The position numbers were made by a program, and so were the translations under genes. This document shows, piece by piece, positions 45,087-55,081 of a stretch of DNA of 64,000 bases. The notes below the pieces were generated by a model. The model was not told where the DNA came from and made no database searches. It saw nothing but the letters and a program-made list of their open reading frames with translations. Every line of letters starts with the position of its first letter. Within the stretch, counting starts at the first letter, position 1. Source of the DNA: an uncultured Albidiferax sp. (lineage in GTDB: Bacteria > Pseudomonadota > Gammaproteobacteria > Burkholderiales > Burkholderiaceae_C); contig CAUPPH010000001.1 in assembly GCA_963513125.1 (NCBI GenBank), forward strand, positions 386,532-450,531, in the 5' to 3' direction.

Positions 45087-46775
45087 ATGTCCTCACACAC
45101 CCCCTCCCTGGCATCCCTGGTACTTGGCAGCCCCCGCTTTACCGATGCCCGCCTGGCCGCCATCGCGAGCACCGACGGCCCGCTGGCCGCCTGGCAAGCC
45201 GCCTGCGCGGCCGATGCCAGCAGTGCTGCGCTACAGGCCACGGGCGACTTTGCGGTGGGGCTGCAAGAGCCCTCGGGCCGCACGTTTTTGGCGGTGGACC
45301 GCTTTGCCATCCGCAGCCTGTGCTACCGGGTGGTGGACGGGCAGATCCGCTTCGCGGGCCGTGCCGACGCATTGGCCGACGGTGCCGACATCGACCCGCA
45401 GGCCATCTTCGACTACCTGTACTTCCACGCCATCCCCTCGCCGCGCACCATTTTCAAAGGCGTGTTCCGCCTGCCGCCGGGCCACTACGCGCTGTTTGAG
45501 CAGGGCAAACTGACCGTCGCGCCCTACTGGGTGCCCACCTTTATCGAGCCGCGCAGCGCCTCGTTCAGCAGCCTGCGCGAAGAGTTCCGCGGCCTGGTGC
45601 GCACCGCCGTCAACGCCCAGCTCGACGGCGGCACAGCTGCCTGCTTTTTGAGCGGCGGCACCGACAGCTCCACCGTGGCCGGCATGCTCAGCGAAATCGG
45701 CGGCAAGCAGGGCCAGAAAGCCGCCACCTACTCCATCGGTTTCGATGCCGAGGGCTACGACGAGATGGAATACGCCCGGTTGGCCTCGCGCCACTTCAAC
45801 ACCGAGCACCACGAGTACTACGTCACCCCCGACGACCTGGTGCGCAGCATTGCCGACGTGGCCCGCTCCTACGACCAGCCGTTTGGCAACTCGTCCGCCC
45901 TGCCCTCGTACTACTGCGCCCGCAAGGCCAAGGACGACGGCGTGACCAAAATCCTGGCCGGAGACGGCGGTGACGAGCTCTTTGGCGGCAACAGCCGCTA
46001 CGCCAAGCAGCGCGTGTTTGGCTGGTACGACATGCTGCCCAGCGGCATCCGCAGCGGCCTGATGGAGCCGGTGCTGGCCAAGACCGCCGAGAGCAGCATC
46101 TCCCTGCTGAGCAAGGCCTCCAGCTATGTGGAGCAGGCCAAGGTGCCGCTGCCCGACCGCCTGCAGATGTACAACCTGCTGCTGCGCCTGGGTGTGAACG
46201 ACGTGCTGACCCCGGCGTTTCTGGCCCAGGTCAACATCCAGGGCCCGGCCGAGCAGCAGCGCGGCATCTGGAACCTGCCCACCACCGGCAGCCAGCTCAA
46301 CCGCATGCTGGCCTTCGACTGGCGCTACACCCTGGCCGAAAGCGACCTGCCCAAGGTCTGCGGCACCACCCGGCTGGCGGGCCTGCACGTGGGCTTTCCC
46401 ATGCTCAACGAGGCGCTGCTGGACTTCTCGCTCAAGCTGCCGCTGGAGTACAAGCTCAAGGGCCTGAAGCTGCGCTGGTTCTTCAAGGAAGCCCTGCGTG
46501 GCTTCCTGCCCGACGAAATTTTGACCAAGAAGAAACAGGGCTTCGGCCTGCCCTTCGGCGTGTGGGCCACCCGCCACGACGGCCTCAGAGCAGTCGCCAC
46601 CGACTCGCTCAACAGCCTGGCCACCCGCAACATCGTGCGCCCCGAGTTCATCCGCAGCCTGCTGACCGAGCGGCTGCAGGAACACCCCGGCTACTTTGGT
46701 GAGATGGTGTGGATTTTGATGATGCTGGAGCAGTGGCTGCAGGCGCATGCGCCGGAGTTCAAGATGCCGGGTTAA
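45087..46775 (+). CDS. Asparagine-synthetase-related amidotransferase lacking the N-terminal Cys
   Basis: Start reassigned to MSSHTPS; FLSGGTDSS PP-loop, AGDGGDELFGG and KKKQGFGLP motifs. Confidence 0.85.
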   Translation: MSSHTPSLASLVLGSPRFTDARLAAIASTDGPLAAWQAACAADASSAALQATGDFAVGLQEPSGRTFLAVDRFAIRSLCYRVVDGQIRFAGRADALADGADIDPQAIFDYLYFHAIPSPRTIFKGVFRLPPGHYALFEQGKLTVAPYWVPTFIEPRSASFSSLREEFRGLVRTAVNAQLDGGTAACFLSGGTDSSTVAGMLSEIGGKQGQKAATYSIGFDAEGYDEMEYARLASRHFNTEHHEYYVTPDDLVRSIADVARSYDQPFGNSSALPSYYCARKAKDDGVTKILAGDGGDELFGGNSRYAKQRVFGWYDMLPSGIRSGLMEPVLAKTAESSISLLSKASSYVEQAKVPLPDRLQMYNLLLRLGVNDVLTPAFLAQVNIQGPAEQQRGIWNLPTTGSQLNRMLAFDWRYTLAESDLPKVCGTTRLAGLHVGFPMLNEALLDFSLKLPLEYKLKGLKLRWFFKEALRGFLPDEILTKKKQGFGLPFGVWATRHDGLRAVATDSLNSLATRNIVRPEFIRSLLTERLQEHPGYFGEMVWILMMLEQWLQAHAPEFKMPG

Positions 46776-46794
46776 GAGGCGCTACTGTTTTTAA

Positions 46795-46855
46795 CATCAA
46801 AAAAAAGAGCTGCTACCGCCGATGGAATGGGCGCTAGCAGCTCTTTTTATGCCTG
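46795..46855 (+). repeat. REP-like family 1 copy forming a bidirectional terminator between convergent asnB-like and hisD genes
   Basis: AAAAAGAGCTGCTA..CGCC..GGCG..TAGCAGCTCTTTTT. Confidence 0.8.
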
Positions 46856-46864
46856 AAAAAAGGC

Positions 46865-48187
46865 CTATTTTTTGTCTAAACGCATTTCAGCCGCCCGCGC
46901 ATGGGCCTGCAGGCCTTCGCCGTAGGCCAGCTCGGCGGCGATGCGGCCCAGTTCCTGGGCACCGGCCTGGCTGACTTCGATCAGGCTGCTGCGCTTCTGG
47001 AAGTCGTAGACCCCCAGCGGGCTGGAGAAGCGGGCCGTGCCGCTGGTGGGCAGCACGTGGTTGGGTCCGGCGCAGTAGTCGCCCAGGCTCTCGCTGGTGT
47101 AGGCCCCCAGAAAGATGGCTCCGGCGTGGCGCAGCAGCGGCTCCCAGCGGTGCGGGTCGGTACTGCTGACCTCCAAGTGCTCGGGAGCGATGCGGTTGCT
47201 GATCTCGCAGGCTTCTTCCATGCTGCGCGTGTGGATCAGCGCGCCACGGCCGGTGAGCGACTTGGCGATGATCTCGGCGCGGGGCATTTCATTGAGCAGG
47301 CGGTCGATGCTGGCCTGCACCTGGTCGATATAGGCTGCATCGGGGCACAGCAGAATGCTTTGCGCCAGCTCGTCGTGCTCGGCCTGGCTGAACAGGTCCA
47401 TCGCCACCCAGTCGGGCGGGGTGGTGCCGTCGGCCAGCACCAGAATCTCGCTGGGCCCGGCAATCATGTCGATGCCCACGGTGCCAAACACGCGGCGCTT
47501 GGCCGCTGCCACGTAGGCGTTGCCGGGGCCGGTGATCTTGTGCACGTTGGGGATGGTGGCCGTGCCATAGGCCAGCGCGGCCACGGCCTGCGCGCCGCCG
47601 ATGGTGTAGGCGCGGGTGACCCCGGCCACATAGGCGGCGGCCAGCACCAGGGCGTTTTTCTCGCCACGCGGGGTGGGCACCACCATGATGATTTCGCCCA
47701 CGCCCGCCACGTGGGCAGGAATGGCGTTCATCAGCACGCTGGATGGGTAGGCCGCCTTGCCGCCAGGCACGTAGATGCCCACGCGGTCCAGCGGCGTGAC
47801 TTTTTGGCCCAGCAGGGTGCCGTCGGCATCGCGGTAGCTCCAGCTCTCGCCCGAGGCCTTTTTCTGCGCCTCGTGGTAGCTGCGCACGCGGGCGGCTGCC
47901 GCTTGCAGGGCTTCGCGCTGGGCGGCAGGGATGGCATCGAAGGCGGCTTTGAGCTCGGCCTGGGTCAGCTCCAGCTCGGCCAGGGTGTTGGCTTGCAGGC
48001 CATCGAAGCGGTTGGTGTACTCCAGCACCGCCACGTCGCCGCGCAGTTGCACGTCGGCCAGGATGTTGGCCACGGTGGTTTCAATCGCCGTATCTGCTTC
48101 GGCCGACCAGTGCAGGCGGGCTTTGAATTCAGCCTCAAAAGTGCTGCTAGCGCTGGAAAGACGGACGGGAGTAGCTACGAAATTCAT
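46865..48187 (-). CDS. hisD: Histidinol dehydrogenase
   Basis: Start reassigned to MNFVATPV; [38 protein letters not shown] and [12 protein letters not shown] motifs. Confidence 0.96.
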   Translation of the reverse strand: MNFVATPVRLSSASSTFEAEFKARLHWSAEADTAIETTVANILADVQLRGDVAVLEYTNRFDGLQANTLAELELTQAELKAAFDAIPAAQREALQAAAARVRSYHEAQKKASGESWSYRDADGTLLGQKVTPLDRVGIYVPGGKAAYPSSVLMNAIPAHVAGVGEIIMVVPTPRGEKNALVLAAAYVAGVTRAYTIGGAQAVAALAYGTATIPNVHKITGPGNAYVAAAKRRVFGTVGIDMIAGPSEILVLADGTTPPDWVAMDLFSQAEHDELAQSILLCPDAAYIDQVQASIDRLLNEMPRAEIIAKSLTGRGALIHTRSMEEACEISNRIAPEHLEVSSTDPHRWEPLLRHAGAIFLGAYTSESLGDYCAGPNHVLPTSGTARFSSPLGVYDFQKRSSLIEVSQAGAQELGRIAAELAYGEGLQAHARAAEMRLDKK

Positions 48188-48191
48188 AGTA
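48128..48191 (-). repeat. REP-like family 1 copy encoding the hisD N-terminus
   Basis: Coding strand ACTATGAATTTCGTAGCTACTCCCGTCCGTCTTTCCAGCGCTAGCAGCACTTTTGAGGCTGAA. Confidence 0.8.
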
Positions 48192-48192
48192 T

Positions 48193-48843
48193 TCAGGGTT
48201 TTGCGCGCTCTGCGACTGCCGCTGCGAAGGCATCGATCATGGCGCGGATGGGGGCTTGCTTGAGCTTGAGCGCGGCCTGGTTCACCACCAGGCGCGAGCT
48301 GATGTCCATGATGCGTTCCACCTCGACCAGATGGTTGGCCCGCAGCGTGTTGCCGGTGGACACCAAATCGACGATGGCATCGGCCAGGCCGGTCAGCGGG
48401 GCCAGTTCCATGCTGCCGTAAAGCTTGATCAGATCCACGTGCACGCCCTTGGCGGCAAAGAATTCGCGGGCGATGGCCACGTATTTGGTGGCCACGCGCA
48501 GGCGCGAACCCTGCTTGACGGCGCGCTCGTAGTCGAAGTCGTTGCGCACCGCCACGCTGATGCGGCATTGAGCGATTTGCAGGTCCAGCGGCTGGTACAG
48601 GCCCTGGCCGCCGTGTTCGATCAGCGTGTCTTTGCCGGTGATGCCCAGGTCGGCACCGCCGTTTTCCACGTAGGTGGGCACGTCGGAGGCGCGCACGATG
48701 AGCACGCGCACGCCCGGCTGGTTGGTGTCCAGGATCAGCTTGCGGGACTTTTCGGGGTCGTCCAGCACCTCGATACCGGCAGAGCGCAACAGCGGCAGCG
48801 TGTCGTCAAAGATGCGGCCTTTGGAGAGGGCAAGGGTAATCAT
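48193..48843 (-). CDS. hisG: ATP phosphoribosyltransferase, short form
   Basis: Start reassigned to [10 protein letters not shown]; [21 protein letters not shown] and [10 protein letters not shown] motifs; no C-terminal regulatory domain. Confidence 0.95.
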   Translation of the reverse strand: MITLALSKGRIFDDTLPLLRSAGIEVLDDPEKSRKLILDTNQPGVRVLIVRASDVPTYVENGGADLGITGKDTLIEHGGQGLYQPLDLQIAQCRISVAVRNDFDYERAVKQGSRLRVATKYVAIAREFFAAKGVHVDLIKLYGSMELAPLTGLADAIVDLVSTGNTLRANHLVEVERIMDISSRLVVNQAALKLKQAPIRAMIDAFAAAVAERAKP

Positions 48844-50120
48844 TTCTTGACCCGCTCGATGTCGGCACCGATGCCGCGCAGCTTGGCTTCCATCTGGTCG
48901 TAGCCACGGTCCAGGTGGTAGATGCGGTCCACCACGGTTTCGCCTTCTGCTACCAACCCGGCAATCACCAGGCTGGCCGAGGCACGCAGGTCGGTGGCCA
49001 TCACGGTGGCACCCGAGAGTTTGGCAATGCCTTCGATCACCGCCACCTTGCCGTCGATCTGGATGTGCGCGCCCAGGCGCACCAGCTCGTTGACGTGCAT
49101 GAAGCGGTTCTCGAAAATCGTCTCGGTCACCTTGCTGGCACCCTGGGCCACGCAGTTCAGGGTCATGAACTGGGCCTGCATGTCGGTGGGGAAACCGGGG
49201 TATTCGGTGGTGCGAAAGCTCTGCGCCTTCAGGTGCGTGTGGGCCGGGCCCGCAGACTGCACGCGGATGCCGTCGGCCTCGGGGGTCACGGTCACGCCTG
49301 CGGTGCGCAGCTTGTCGATCACCGCGTCCAGGTGGTCGGCGCGGCCATGCTGCAGCAGCACGTCGCCACCGGTAGCAGCCACGGCGCACAGGAAGGTGCC
49401 GGTCTCAATCCGGTCGGCCACCACCTGGTGGGTGCAGCCGTGCAGCGACTCCACGCCCTGGATGCGGATGCGGTGGGTGCCGTGGCCTTCGATCTTCGCC
49501 CCCATCTTGATCAGCATTTCGGCCAGGTCGCTGATTTCCGGCTCTTGCGCGGCGTTTTCCAGAATGGTTTCGCCCTCGGCCAGGGTGGCGGCCATGAGGA
49601 AGTTCTCGGTGCCGGTCACGGTGACCATGTCGGTGGTGATGTGGCAGCCCTTGAGGCGGGTGCGGCCTGCAGGGAGCTTGGCAATCATGTAGCCGTGTTC
49701 GACCACGATCTCGGCACCCATGGCCTGCATGCCGAGGATGTGCTGGTCTACCGGGCGCGAGCCAATCGCGCAGCCGCCGGGCAGCGACACCGTGGCCTCG
49801 CCAAAGCGGGCCAGCAGCGGGCCCAGGGCCAGCACCGAGGCGCGCATGGTCTTGACCAGCTCGTACGGGGCTTCGGGCGACGACAAATCGCGGGCGTTGA
49901 TGGTGACGGTTCCGTCCTCCGTGCGCTCAGCCCCCACGCCCATGTTGCGGATCAGCGTGAGCATGGTGAACACGTCTTGCAGGCGTGGCACGTTGGTGAG
50001 AGTGACCGGCTCGGCCGTCAGCAGCGCAGCGCAGAGTTCAGGCAGGGCGGCGTTTTTGGCACCGGAGATGCGGACCTGGCCTTGCAAGGTGCGGCCACCG
50101 CGAATGAGGAGTTTGTCCAT
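48840..50120 (-). CDS. murA: UDP-N-acetylglucosamine 1-carboxyvinyltransferase
   Basis: [30 protein letters not shown] and HLDRGY motifs. Confidence 0.97.
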   Translation of the reverse strand: MDKLLIRGGRTLQGQVRISGAKNAALPELCAALLTAEPVTLTNVPRLQDVFTMLTLIRNMGVGAERTEDGTVTINARDLSSPEAPYELVKTMRASVLALGPLLARFGEATVSLPGGCAIGSRPVDQHILGMQAMGAEIVVEHGYMIAKLPAGRTRLKGCHITTDMVTVTGTENFLMAATLAEGETILENAAQEPEISDLAEMLIKMGAKIEGHGTHRIRIQGVESLHGCTHQVVADRIETGTFLCAVAATGGDVLLQHGRADHLDAVIDKLRTAGVTVTPEADGIRVQSAGPAHTHLKAQSFRTTEYPGFPTDMQAQFMTLNCVAQGASKVTETIFENRFMHVNELVRLGAHIQIDGKVAVIEGIAKLSGATVMATDLRASASLVIAGLVAEGETVVDRIYHLDRGYDQMEAKLRGIGADIERVKK

Positions 50121-50162
50121 GGGAGAGGCTCTAAAAATTATTGAGGCAAGAAAGTGAAAGCA

Positions 50163-50405
50163 CTACTGGGGTAGTGCTGCCCATTCGGCCGGGGTGTAGG
50201 TCTTCATCGAAAGCGCATGCACCTCGTCGGTGTGCATCTTGGCACCCAGCGTGGCATAGACCCGCTGGTGGCGCTGGATGGGGCGGCGGCCTTCGAACTC
50301 GGCCGAGACGATGGTGGCGTACCAGTGGCGGCCATCACCTTCCAGGGCGATGTGCTCGCAAGGCAGGTGCGATTGGATGATGGTTTGGAGTTCTTCAGCA
50401 GTCAT
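50163..50405 (-). CDS. ibaG: BolA/IbaG-family protein
   Basis: GDGRHW...IVS.EF and IQRHQRVY..LG....EVHALS.KT motifs; upstream of murA. Confidence 0.88.
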   Translation of the reverse strand: MTAEELQTIIQSHLPCEHIALEGDGRHWYATIVSAEFEGRRPIQRHQRVYATLGAKMHTDEVHALSMKTYTPAEWAALPQ

Positions 50406-50410
50406 GTGTG

Positions 50411-51166
50411 TTATCCACGGATTTTGTAGCCGATGCGCAGCAGGTTCACGGTGATGGCACTCACCACCAAGAGGGCCGCGCCCACGATGCCCAGGCTGAG
50501 CCAGGGCGACACGTCGCTTACGCCAAAGAAGCCGTAGCGGAAGCCGTCGATCATGTAGAAAAACGGGTTCAGGTGGCTTACGGTTTGCCAGAAAGGCGGC
50601 AGGGAATGGATGGAATAGAACACGCCGCTCAAGAAGGTCATGGGCATGATCACGAAGTTCTGGAACGCCGCCATTTGGTCGAATTTTTCGGCCCACAGCC
50701 CGGCGATGATGCCCAGCGTGCCCATCAGCGCCGCGCCCAGCACCGCAAACACGATGATCCACAGCGGGGCCTCAAAACTCGCACCGGTGAAGATGGCGGT
50801 CACGGCAAACACGCCCACGCCCACCAGCAGGCCGCGCGCGATGGCCGAGCCCACGTAGGCCCAGAACCAGTCCCAGTGCGACAGCGGCGAGAGCAGCACA
50901 AACACCAGGCTGCCCATGATCTTGCTCTGGATCAGGGACGAGGAGCTGTTGGCAAACGCGTTTTGCAGCACGCTCATCATCACCAGGCCGGGCACCAGAA
51001 AGGCGGTGTAATTGATCGTGCCGTACACCACGGCCTTGCCTTCGAGCACGTGGCCGAAGATCAGCAGGTACAGCACCGCGGTGAGCACTGGCGCGCCCAC
51101 GGTCTGGAAGCCGACCTTCCAGAAGCGCAGCGATTCTTTGTAGAGCAGGGTTTGCCAGCCCATCAT
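50411..51166 (-). CDS. ABC-2 transporter permease (YadH-like)
   Basis: KE..RF, FLVPGLVMM, NAFANSSSS and LNPFFYMIDGFRY motifs. Confidence 0.9.
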   Translation of the reverse strand: MMGWQTLLYKESLRFWKVGFQTVGAPVLTAVLYLLIFGHVLEGKAVVYGTINYTAFLVPGLVMMSVLQNAFANSSSSLIQSKIMGSLVFVLLSPLSHWDWFWAYVGSAIARGLLVGVGVFAVTAIFTGASFEAPLWIIVFAVLGAALMGTLGIIAGLWAEKFDQMAAFQNFVIMPMTFLSGVFYSIHSLPPFWQTVSHLNPFFYMIDGFRYGFFGVSDVSPWLSLGIVGAALLVVSAITVNLLRIGYKIRG

Positions 51167-52101
51167 GCTGCCACCTCGCTGGCCACATAGCCGTTGGTCA
51201 TTACATCGAGGAACACATCTTCCAGATCGGCCTTGCGGATCTCCACATCCTCCGCCGTCAAACCAGCTTCGCGCACTGCCGCCAGGTAGCGCTCGATCTC
51301 GGCGGCGTTGTGCGCGGGAAACTGCACGATGCGGCCTGTAATACGTGCCTGCTCCGCTAGCACACTGGGGAGTTCGCTATCGACTTTGAAGCGCAGCACA
51401 TTGCTGGAGGCATTTTTCAGCAGCGCGCTGGTGTGGTCCAGGGCAACGATGCTGCCTTGTTTGAGCATGGCGATGCGCGAGCACAGGGCTTCGGCCTCTT
51501 CCAGGTAGTGGGTGGTGAGCAGCACCGTGTGGCCTTGTTTGTTGAGCTTGGCGATGAACTGCCACAGGGTCTGGCGCAGCTCCACATCGACCCCGGCGGT
51601 GGGCTCGTCCAGCACGATGACCGGCGGCTTGTGCACCAGGGCCTGAGCCACCAGCACGCGGCGCTTCATGCCGCCCGAGAGCTGGCGCATATTGGACGTG
51701 GCCTTGTCAGCCAGGCCCAGGCTTTCCAGCAGCTCGTCGATCCAGGCATCGTTGTTCTTCACGCCGAAGTAGCCCGACTGGATGCGCAGCGCCTCGCGGA
51801 CGTTGAAAAACGGGTCGAACACCAGTTCCTGCGGCACCACCCCCAATTGGCGGCGGGCCTGGGCGAAGTCTTTGGCCACGTCATGGCCGTGCACCAGCAC
51901 CTTGCCACCGGTGGCGCGGTTCAAGCCCGCCAGAATGCTGATCAGCGTGGTTTTACCCGCACCGTTGGGGCCGAGCAGACCAAAGAACTCCCCCTGCGCG
52001 ATGTCGAAGCTGACGCTGTCGAGGGCGGTAAGTGGGGGTTTTTGGGAGCCACGGGGGCTGGGGTAGGTCTTGGAGACCTGCTGGAAGGAGATGGCGGGCA
52101 T
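51163..52101 (-). CDS. ABC transporter ATP-binding protein (YadG-like)
   Basis: GPNGAGKT, LSGGMKRR, LDEPT and TTHYLEEAE motifs. Confidence 0.92.
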   Translation of the reverse strand: MPAISFQQVSKTYPSPRGSQKPPLTALDSVSFDIAQGEFFGLLGPNGAGKTTLISILAGLNRATGGKVLVHGHDVAKDFAQARRQLGVVPQELVFDPFFNVREALRIQSGYFGVKNNDAWIDELLESLGLADKATSNMRQLSGGMKRRVLVAQALVHKPPVIVLDEPTAGVDVELRQTLWQFIAKLNKQGHTVLLTTHYLEEAEALCSRIAMLKQGSIVALDHTSALLKNASSNVLRFKVDSELPSVLAEQARITGRIVQFPAHNAAEIERYLAAVREAGLTAEDVEIRKADLEDVFLDVMTNGYVASEVAA

Positions 52102-52149
52102 GGGGCAGTGATTTTAACGGGTGGGGCCCCACGCCGCCGGGTGTGGGCA

Positions 52150-53280
52150 TTAGGGCGAGATTTGATCCAAAGCCCGCTCCAGATGCTGCACCGTGCGCGC
52201 CACGTTGTGCAACTTCTCCAATCCGAACAGGCCGATGCGAAAGCTCTGGAAGTCCGCCCCCTCGTCGCACTGCAGCGGCACCCCGGCAGCGGTTTGCAGG
52301 CCCTGGCCGATGAACTTCTTGGCCGACTGGATCTCGGGGTCGGTGGTGTAGCTCACCACCACACCGGGTGCCTGAAAGCCCTTTGCTGCCACGCTGGCCA
52401 TGCCCTTGCGCACCAGCAGCGCACGCACGGCATCGCCCAGCGCCTGCTGCTCGGCGCGCAATGTGTCAAACCCGTAGACCTGGGCTTCGCGCATCACGTC
52501 GCGCAGGCGGGCCAGGGCATCGGTAGGCAGGGTGGCGTGGTAGGCATGGCCGCCGTTTTCATAGGCCTCCATCACTTGCAGCCACTTCTTCAGGTCGCAG
52601 GCAAAGCTGCTGCTGGTGGTGGATTCAATGCGCGCGCGTGCCAAGGCGCTCAGCACCACCAAAGCGCAGCAGGGCGAGCCGCTCCAGCCCTTTTGCGGCG
52701 CGCTGACCAACACGTCCACGCCGGTGGACTGCATGTCCACCCAGATGGCACCCGAGGCAATGCAGTCCAGCACCAGCAGGCCGCCCACGCTGTGCACCGC
52801 GTCGGCCACGGCACGCAAATAGGCATCGGGCAGGATCATGCCGCTGGCGGTTTCCACATGCGGGGCAAACACCACGGCGGGTTTTTCGGCCAGGATGGTG
52901 GCCACCACCTCGTCAATGGGTGCGGGGGCAAACGGGGCTTGCGGGCCTGCGCCCTGGCGGCGCGCTTTCAGGACGGTGCTGGACCGGGGGATCTGGCCCA
53001 TGTCAAAAATCTGCGTCCAGCGGTAGCTGAACCAGCCGTTGCGGATCACCAGCACGTGCTGTGCGGTGGCAAACTGCCGCGCCACCGCCTCCATGCCGAA
53101 CGTGCCGCTGCCGGGCACCACGATGGCCGACTGCGCGTGGTAGACCTGCTTGAGCACACCGGAAATATCGCGCATCACGCCCTGGAAGGACTGCGACATG
53201 TGGTTCAAGGCACGGTCGGTATAGACCACAGAGTATTCGAGCAGACCTTCTGGGTCTACATGGGGCAACAAGCCGGGCAT
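52150..53280 (-). CDS. Class V PLP aminotransferase (alanine-glyoxylate/serine-pyruvate type)
   Basis: Start reassigned to MPGLLPHV; PGSGT, HVETASG, LDCIAS and SAPQKG (PLP Lys) motifs. Confidence 0.88.
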   Translation of the reverse strand: MPGLLPHVDPEGLLEYSVVYTDRALNHMSQSFQGVMRDISGVLKQVYHAQSAIVVPGSGTFGMEAVARQFATAQHVLVIRNGWFSYRWTQIFDMGQIPRSSTVLKARRQGAGPQAPFAPAPIDEVVATILAEKPAVVFAPHVETASGMILPDAYLRAVADAVHSVGGLLVLDCIASGAIWVDMQSTGVDVLVSAPQKGWSGSPCCALVVLSALARARIESTTSSSFACDLKKWLQVMEAYENGGHAYHATLPTDALARLRDVMREAQVYGFDTLRAEQQALGDAVRALLVRKGMASVAAKGFQAPGVVVSYTTDPEIQSAKKFIGQGLQTAAGVPLQCDEGADFQSFRIGLFGLEKLHNVARTVQHLERALDQISP

Positions 53281-53358
53281 GGGGGACTCCTGGACGAATG
53301 GAAGTGCCCGCCAGCTTAGCACCCGCCAAGCAAGTAAAAACCCAGGGGTTGGCCCAGC

Positions 53359-53628
53359 TCAGGCGGAAGGCAGCAACTCCGCCACGCCGTACAAGCCCGC
53401 CAGCGCTGCCAGCCGCGCGGGCAAGCCGCGCACCGCAAACGAGCGGCCCTGGCTGAAGCTTTCGCGGCGGCATTCCAGCAGCACGGCCAGGGCGGAAGAG
53501 TCGAAGCGGGTCAGCGCGGTGGCGTCCACCACTACCGCAGCGCCAGTTTGGGAGCGCAGGCCCTGCAACAGCATGCGCAGCGAGGCCGTGGCCTGGGCGT
53601 GGGTGACTTCCGCGGGCAGCACCAGCAT
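53359..53628 (-). CDS. mlaB: STAS-domain MlaB
   Basis: D...L.RFDSSALA.LL STAS motif; follows mlaC. Confidence 0.85.
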   Translation of the reverse strand: MLVLPAEVTHAQATASLRMLLQGLRSQTGAAVVVDATALTRFDSSALAVLLECRRESFSQGRSFAVRGLPARLAALAGLYGVAELLPSA

Positions 53629-53629
53629 G

Positions 53630-54262
53630 TCAGTTCTTTTTGGCGTTGGCCTGGTTGCGCGCGGCCAGGCTGGCGATCAGGCCGTCCACGCCCTTGGCGT
53701 TGATCTCGCTGGCGAACTGGCTACGGTAGGTTTCCACCAGCCACACGCCCAGTACGTTCAGGTTGTAGATCTTCCAGCCCGCGCCCTCGCCCGGGGTTTT
53801 GACCAGCCGGTAGTCGAGCTGGATGGGGTCGCCACCGCCTTTGACTTCGGAGCGCACCAGCACTTCCTTGTCGTCCGGGCTGGCGCGAAAGGGTTTCATG
53901 CTGACCTCTTGGTCGCTGACCTGGGCCAGCGCGCCGGAGTAGGTGCGCACCAGCAGGGTTTTGAACTCGTCCTGCAGCTTCTTCTGCTGCTCAGGCGTGG
54001 CCTGGCGCCAGCCGGGGCCGACGGCGGCGGAGGTCATGCGCGCAAAGTCCACGTTGGGCATGATCTTGGCATCCACCAGGACCATGACCTTGGCCACGTT
54101 GCCTTGCTGCAGGGTTTTGTCGGCCTTGATGGTGGTGAGCACATCGGTGGAGATGCGCTTGACCAGCGCGTCGGGCGCTTCGTCGGCGGCCATGGCACCC
54201 ATAGCGGTAGAGACCGCAAACACCACACCCACGGCCCAACGGCCCAACATTCGACGTTTCAT
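53630..54262 (-). CDS. mlaC: Periplasmic phospholipid shuttle MlaC
   Basis: Signal peptide; VDF.RMT..AVG..WR.ATPEQ, WKIY.LNV.GVWL..TYR.QF motifs. Confidence 0.9.
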   Translation of the reverse strand: MKRRMLGRWAVGVVFAVSTAMGAMAADEAPDALVKRISTDVLTTIKADKTLQQGNVAKVMVLVDAKIMPNVDFARMTSAAVGPGWRQATPEQQKKLQDEFKTLLVRTYSGALAQVSDQEVSMKPFRASPDDKEVLVRSEVKGGGDPIQLDYRLVKTPGEGAGWKIYNLNVLGVWLVETYRSQFASEINAKGVDGLIASLAARNQANAKKN

Positions 54263-54334
54263 ACCAACTTTCTTCGTGCGGAACATCCGCTGTACCTTAA
54301 TGAAAATCTGCCCCGTGCGGTTGACGCAGAGGGC

Positions 54335-55081
54335 TTACTTGGGGGCATCCGGCTCGGGCGGGTTGCCGTCATACACCTCGTTGTCGCGCACTTGCAAGTA
54401 GAAGTCGCGGGTGAAGGAATACTTGTCGAGCGCAGCCTCTTCCAGCGACTCGGTGGCGCGCAGCAGGTTGGCGCGGGTGTCCACCAGGTTCAAGCCGGCC
54501 AGGCGATCGCGGGTGCCGGCTTCGGGAAACACCTTCAGCGGGTTACCGTAGGCGTTGACAGAGTAGGCCGAAATGTCGCGCACTGTGGACGGCCCCAGCA
54601 GCGGAATCACCAGGTACGGACCCGCCGGCACGCCCCACCAGCCCAGGGTTTGGCCAAAGTCTTCCCGGTGCCGCTCCAGGCCCATGTCGGTAGCCAGATC
54701 GAACAGACCGCCCACGCCAAACACCGAGTTGATGCTGAAGCGCATCCAGCTCTCCACGGCATAGCGGCCTTTGAATTGCATGGCGTTGTTGGCGGTGTTC
54801 CAGACCTCGCCCAGGTTGGAGAAGAAGTTTGTCACGCCCTGGCGTGCCAGCGAAGGCACCGCATAGATGTAGGCCTTGGCCACGGGCTTAACCACGGCTT
54901 TGTCCACCACGTCGTTAAACCCGGCCACCTTGCGGTTCAAGGGTTCCAGCGGGTCGCGCGGGTTGGCCTGGGGGCCGGTAGCGCAGGCAGAAATCAAGGA
55001 AAAAACGCCCGCAACGCAGGCAACACGGGCAGTAGAAGCTATATTTTTAGTAGTAATCATGTCAAACCTTTTCAAGGTCAT
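54335..55081 (-). CDS. mlaA: MlaA/VacJ outer-membrane lipoprotein
   Basis: Lipobox-like ISAC; DPLEP.NR, EDFGQTLG.WG and YLVIPLLGPST.RD motifs; ATGA overlap with mlaD. Confidence 0.92.
   Translation of the reverse strand: MTLKRFDMITTKNIASTARVACVAGVFSLISACATGPQANPRDPLEPLNRKVAGFNDVVDKAVVKPVAKAYIYAVPSLARQGVTNFFSNLGEVWNTANNAMQFKGRYAVESWMRFSINSVFGVGGLFDLATDMGLERHREDFGQTLGWWGVPAGPYLVIPLLGPSTVRDISAYSVNAYGNPLKVFPEAGTRDRLAGLNLVDTRANLLRATESLEEAALDKYSFTRDFYLQVRDNEVYDGNPPEPDAPK
54998..55055 (-). repeat. REP-like family 1 copy inside the mlaA signal region
   Basis: Coding strand TACTACTAAAAATATAGCTTCTACTGCCCGTG. Confidence 0.7.

Noticed and set aside
46865-49389. Extended hisD (567 aa) and hisG (398 aa) calls
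   Set aside because: The extensions overlap the upstream genes; conserved N-termini begin at 48187 and 48843
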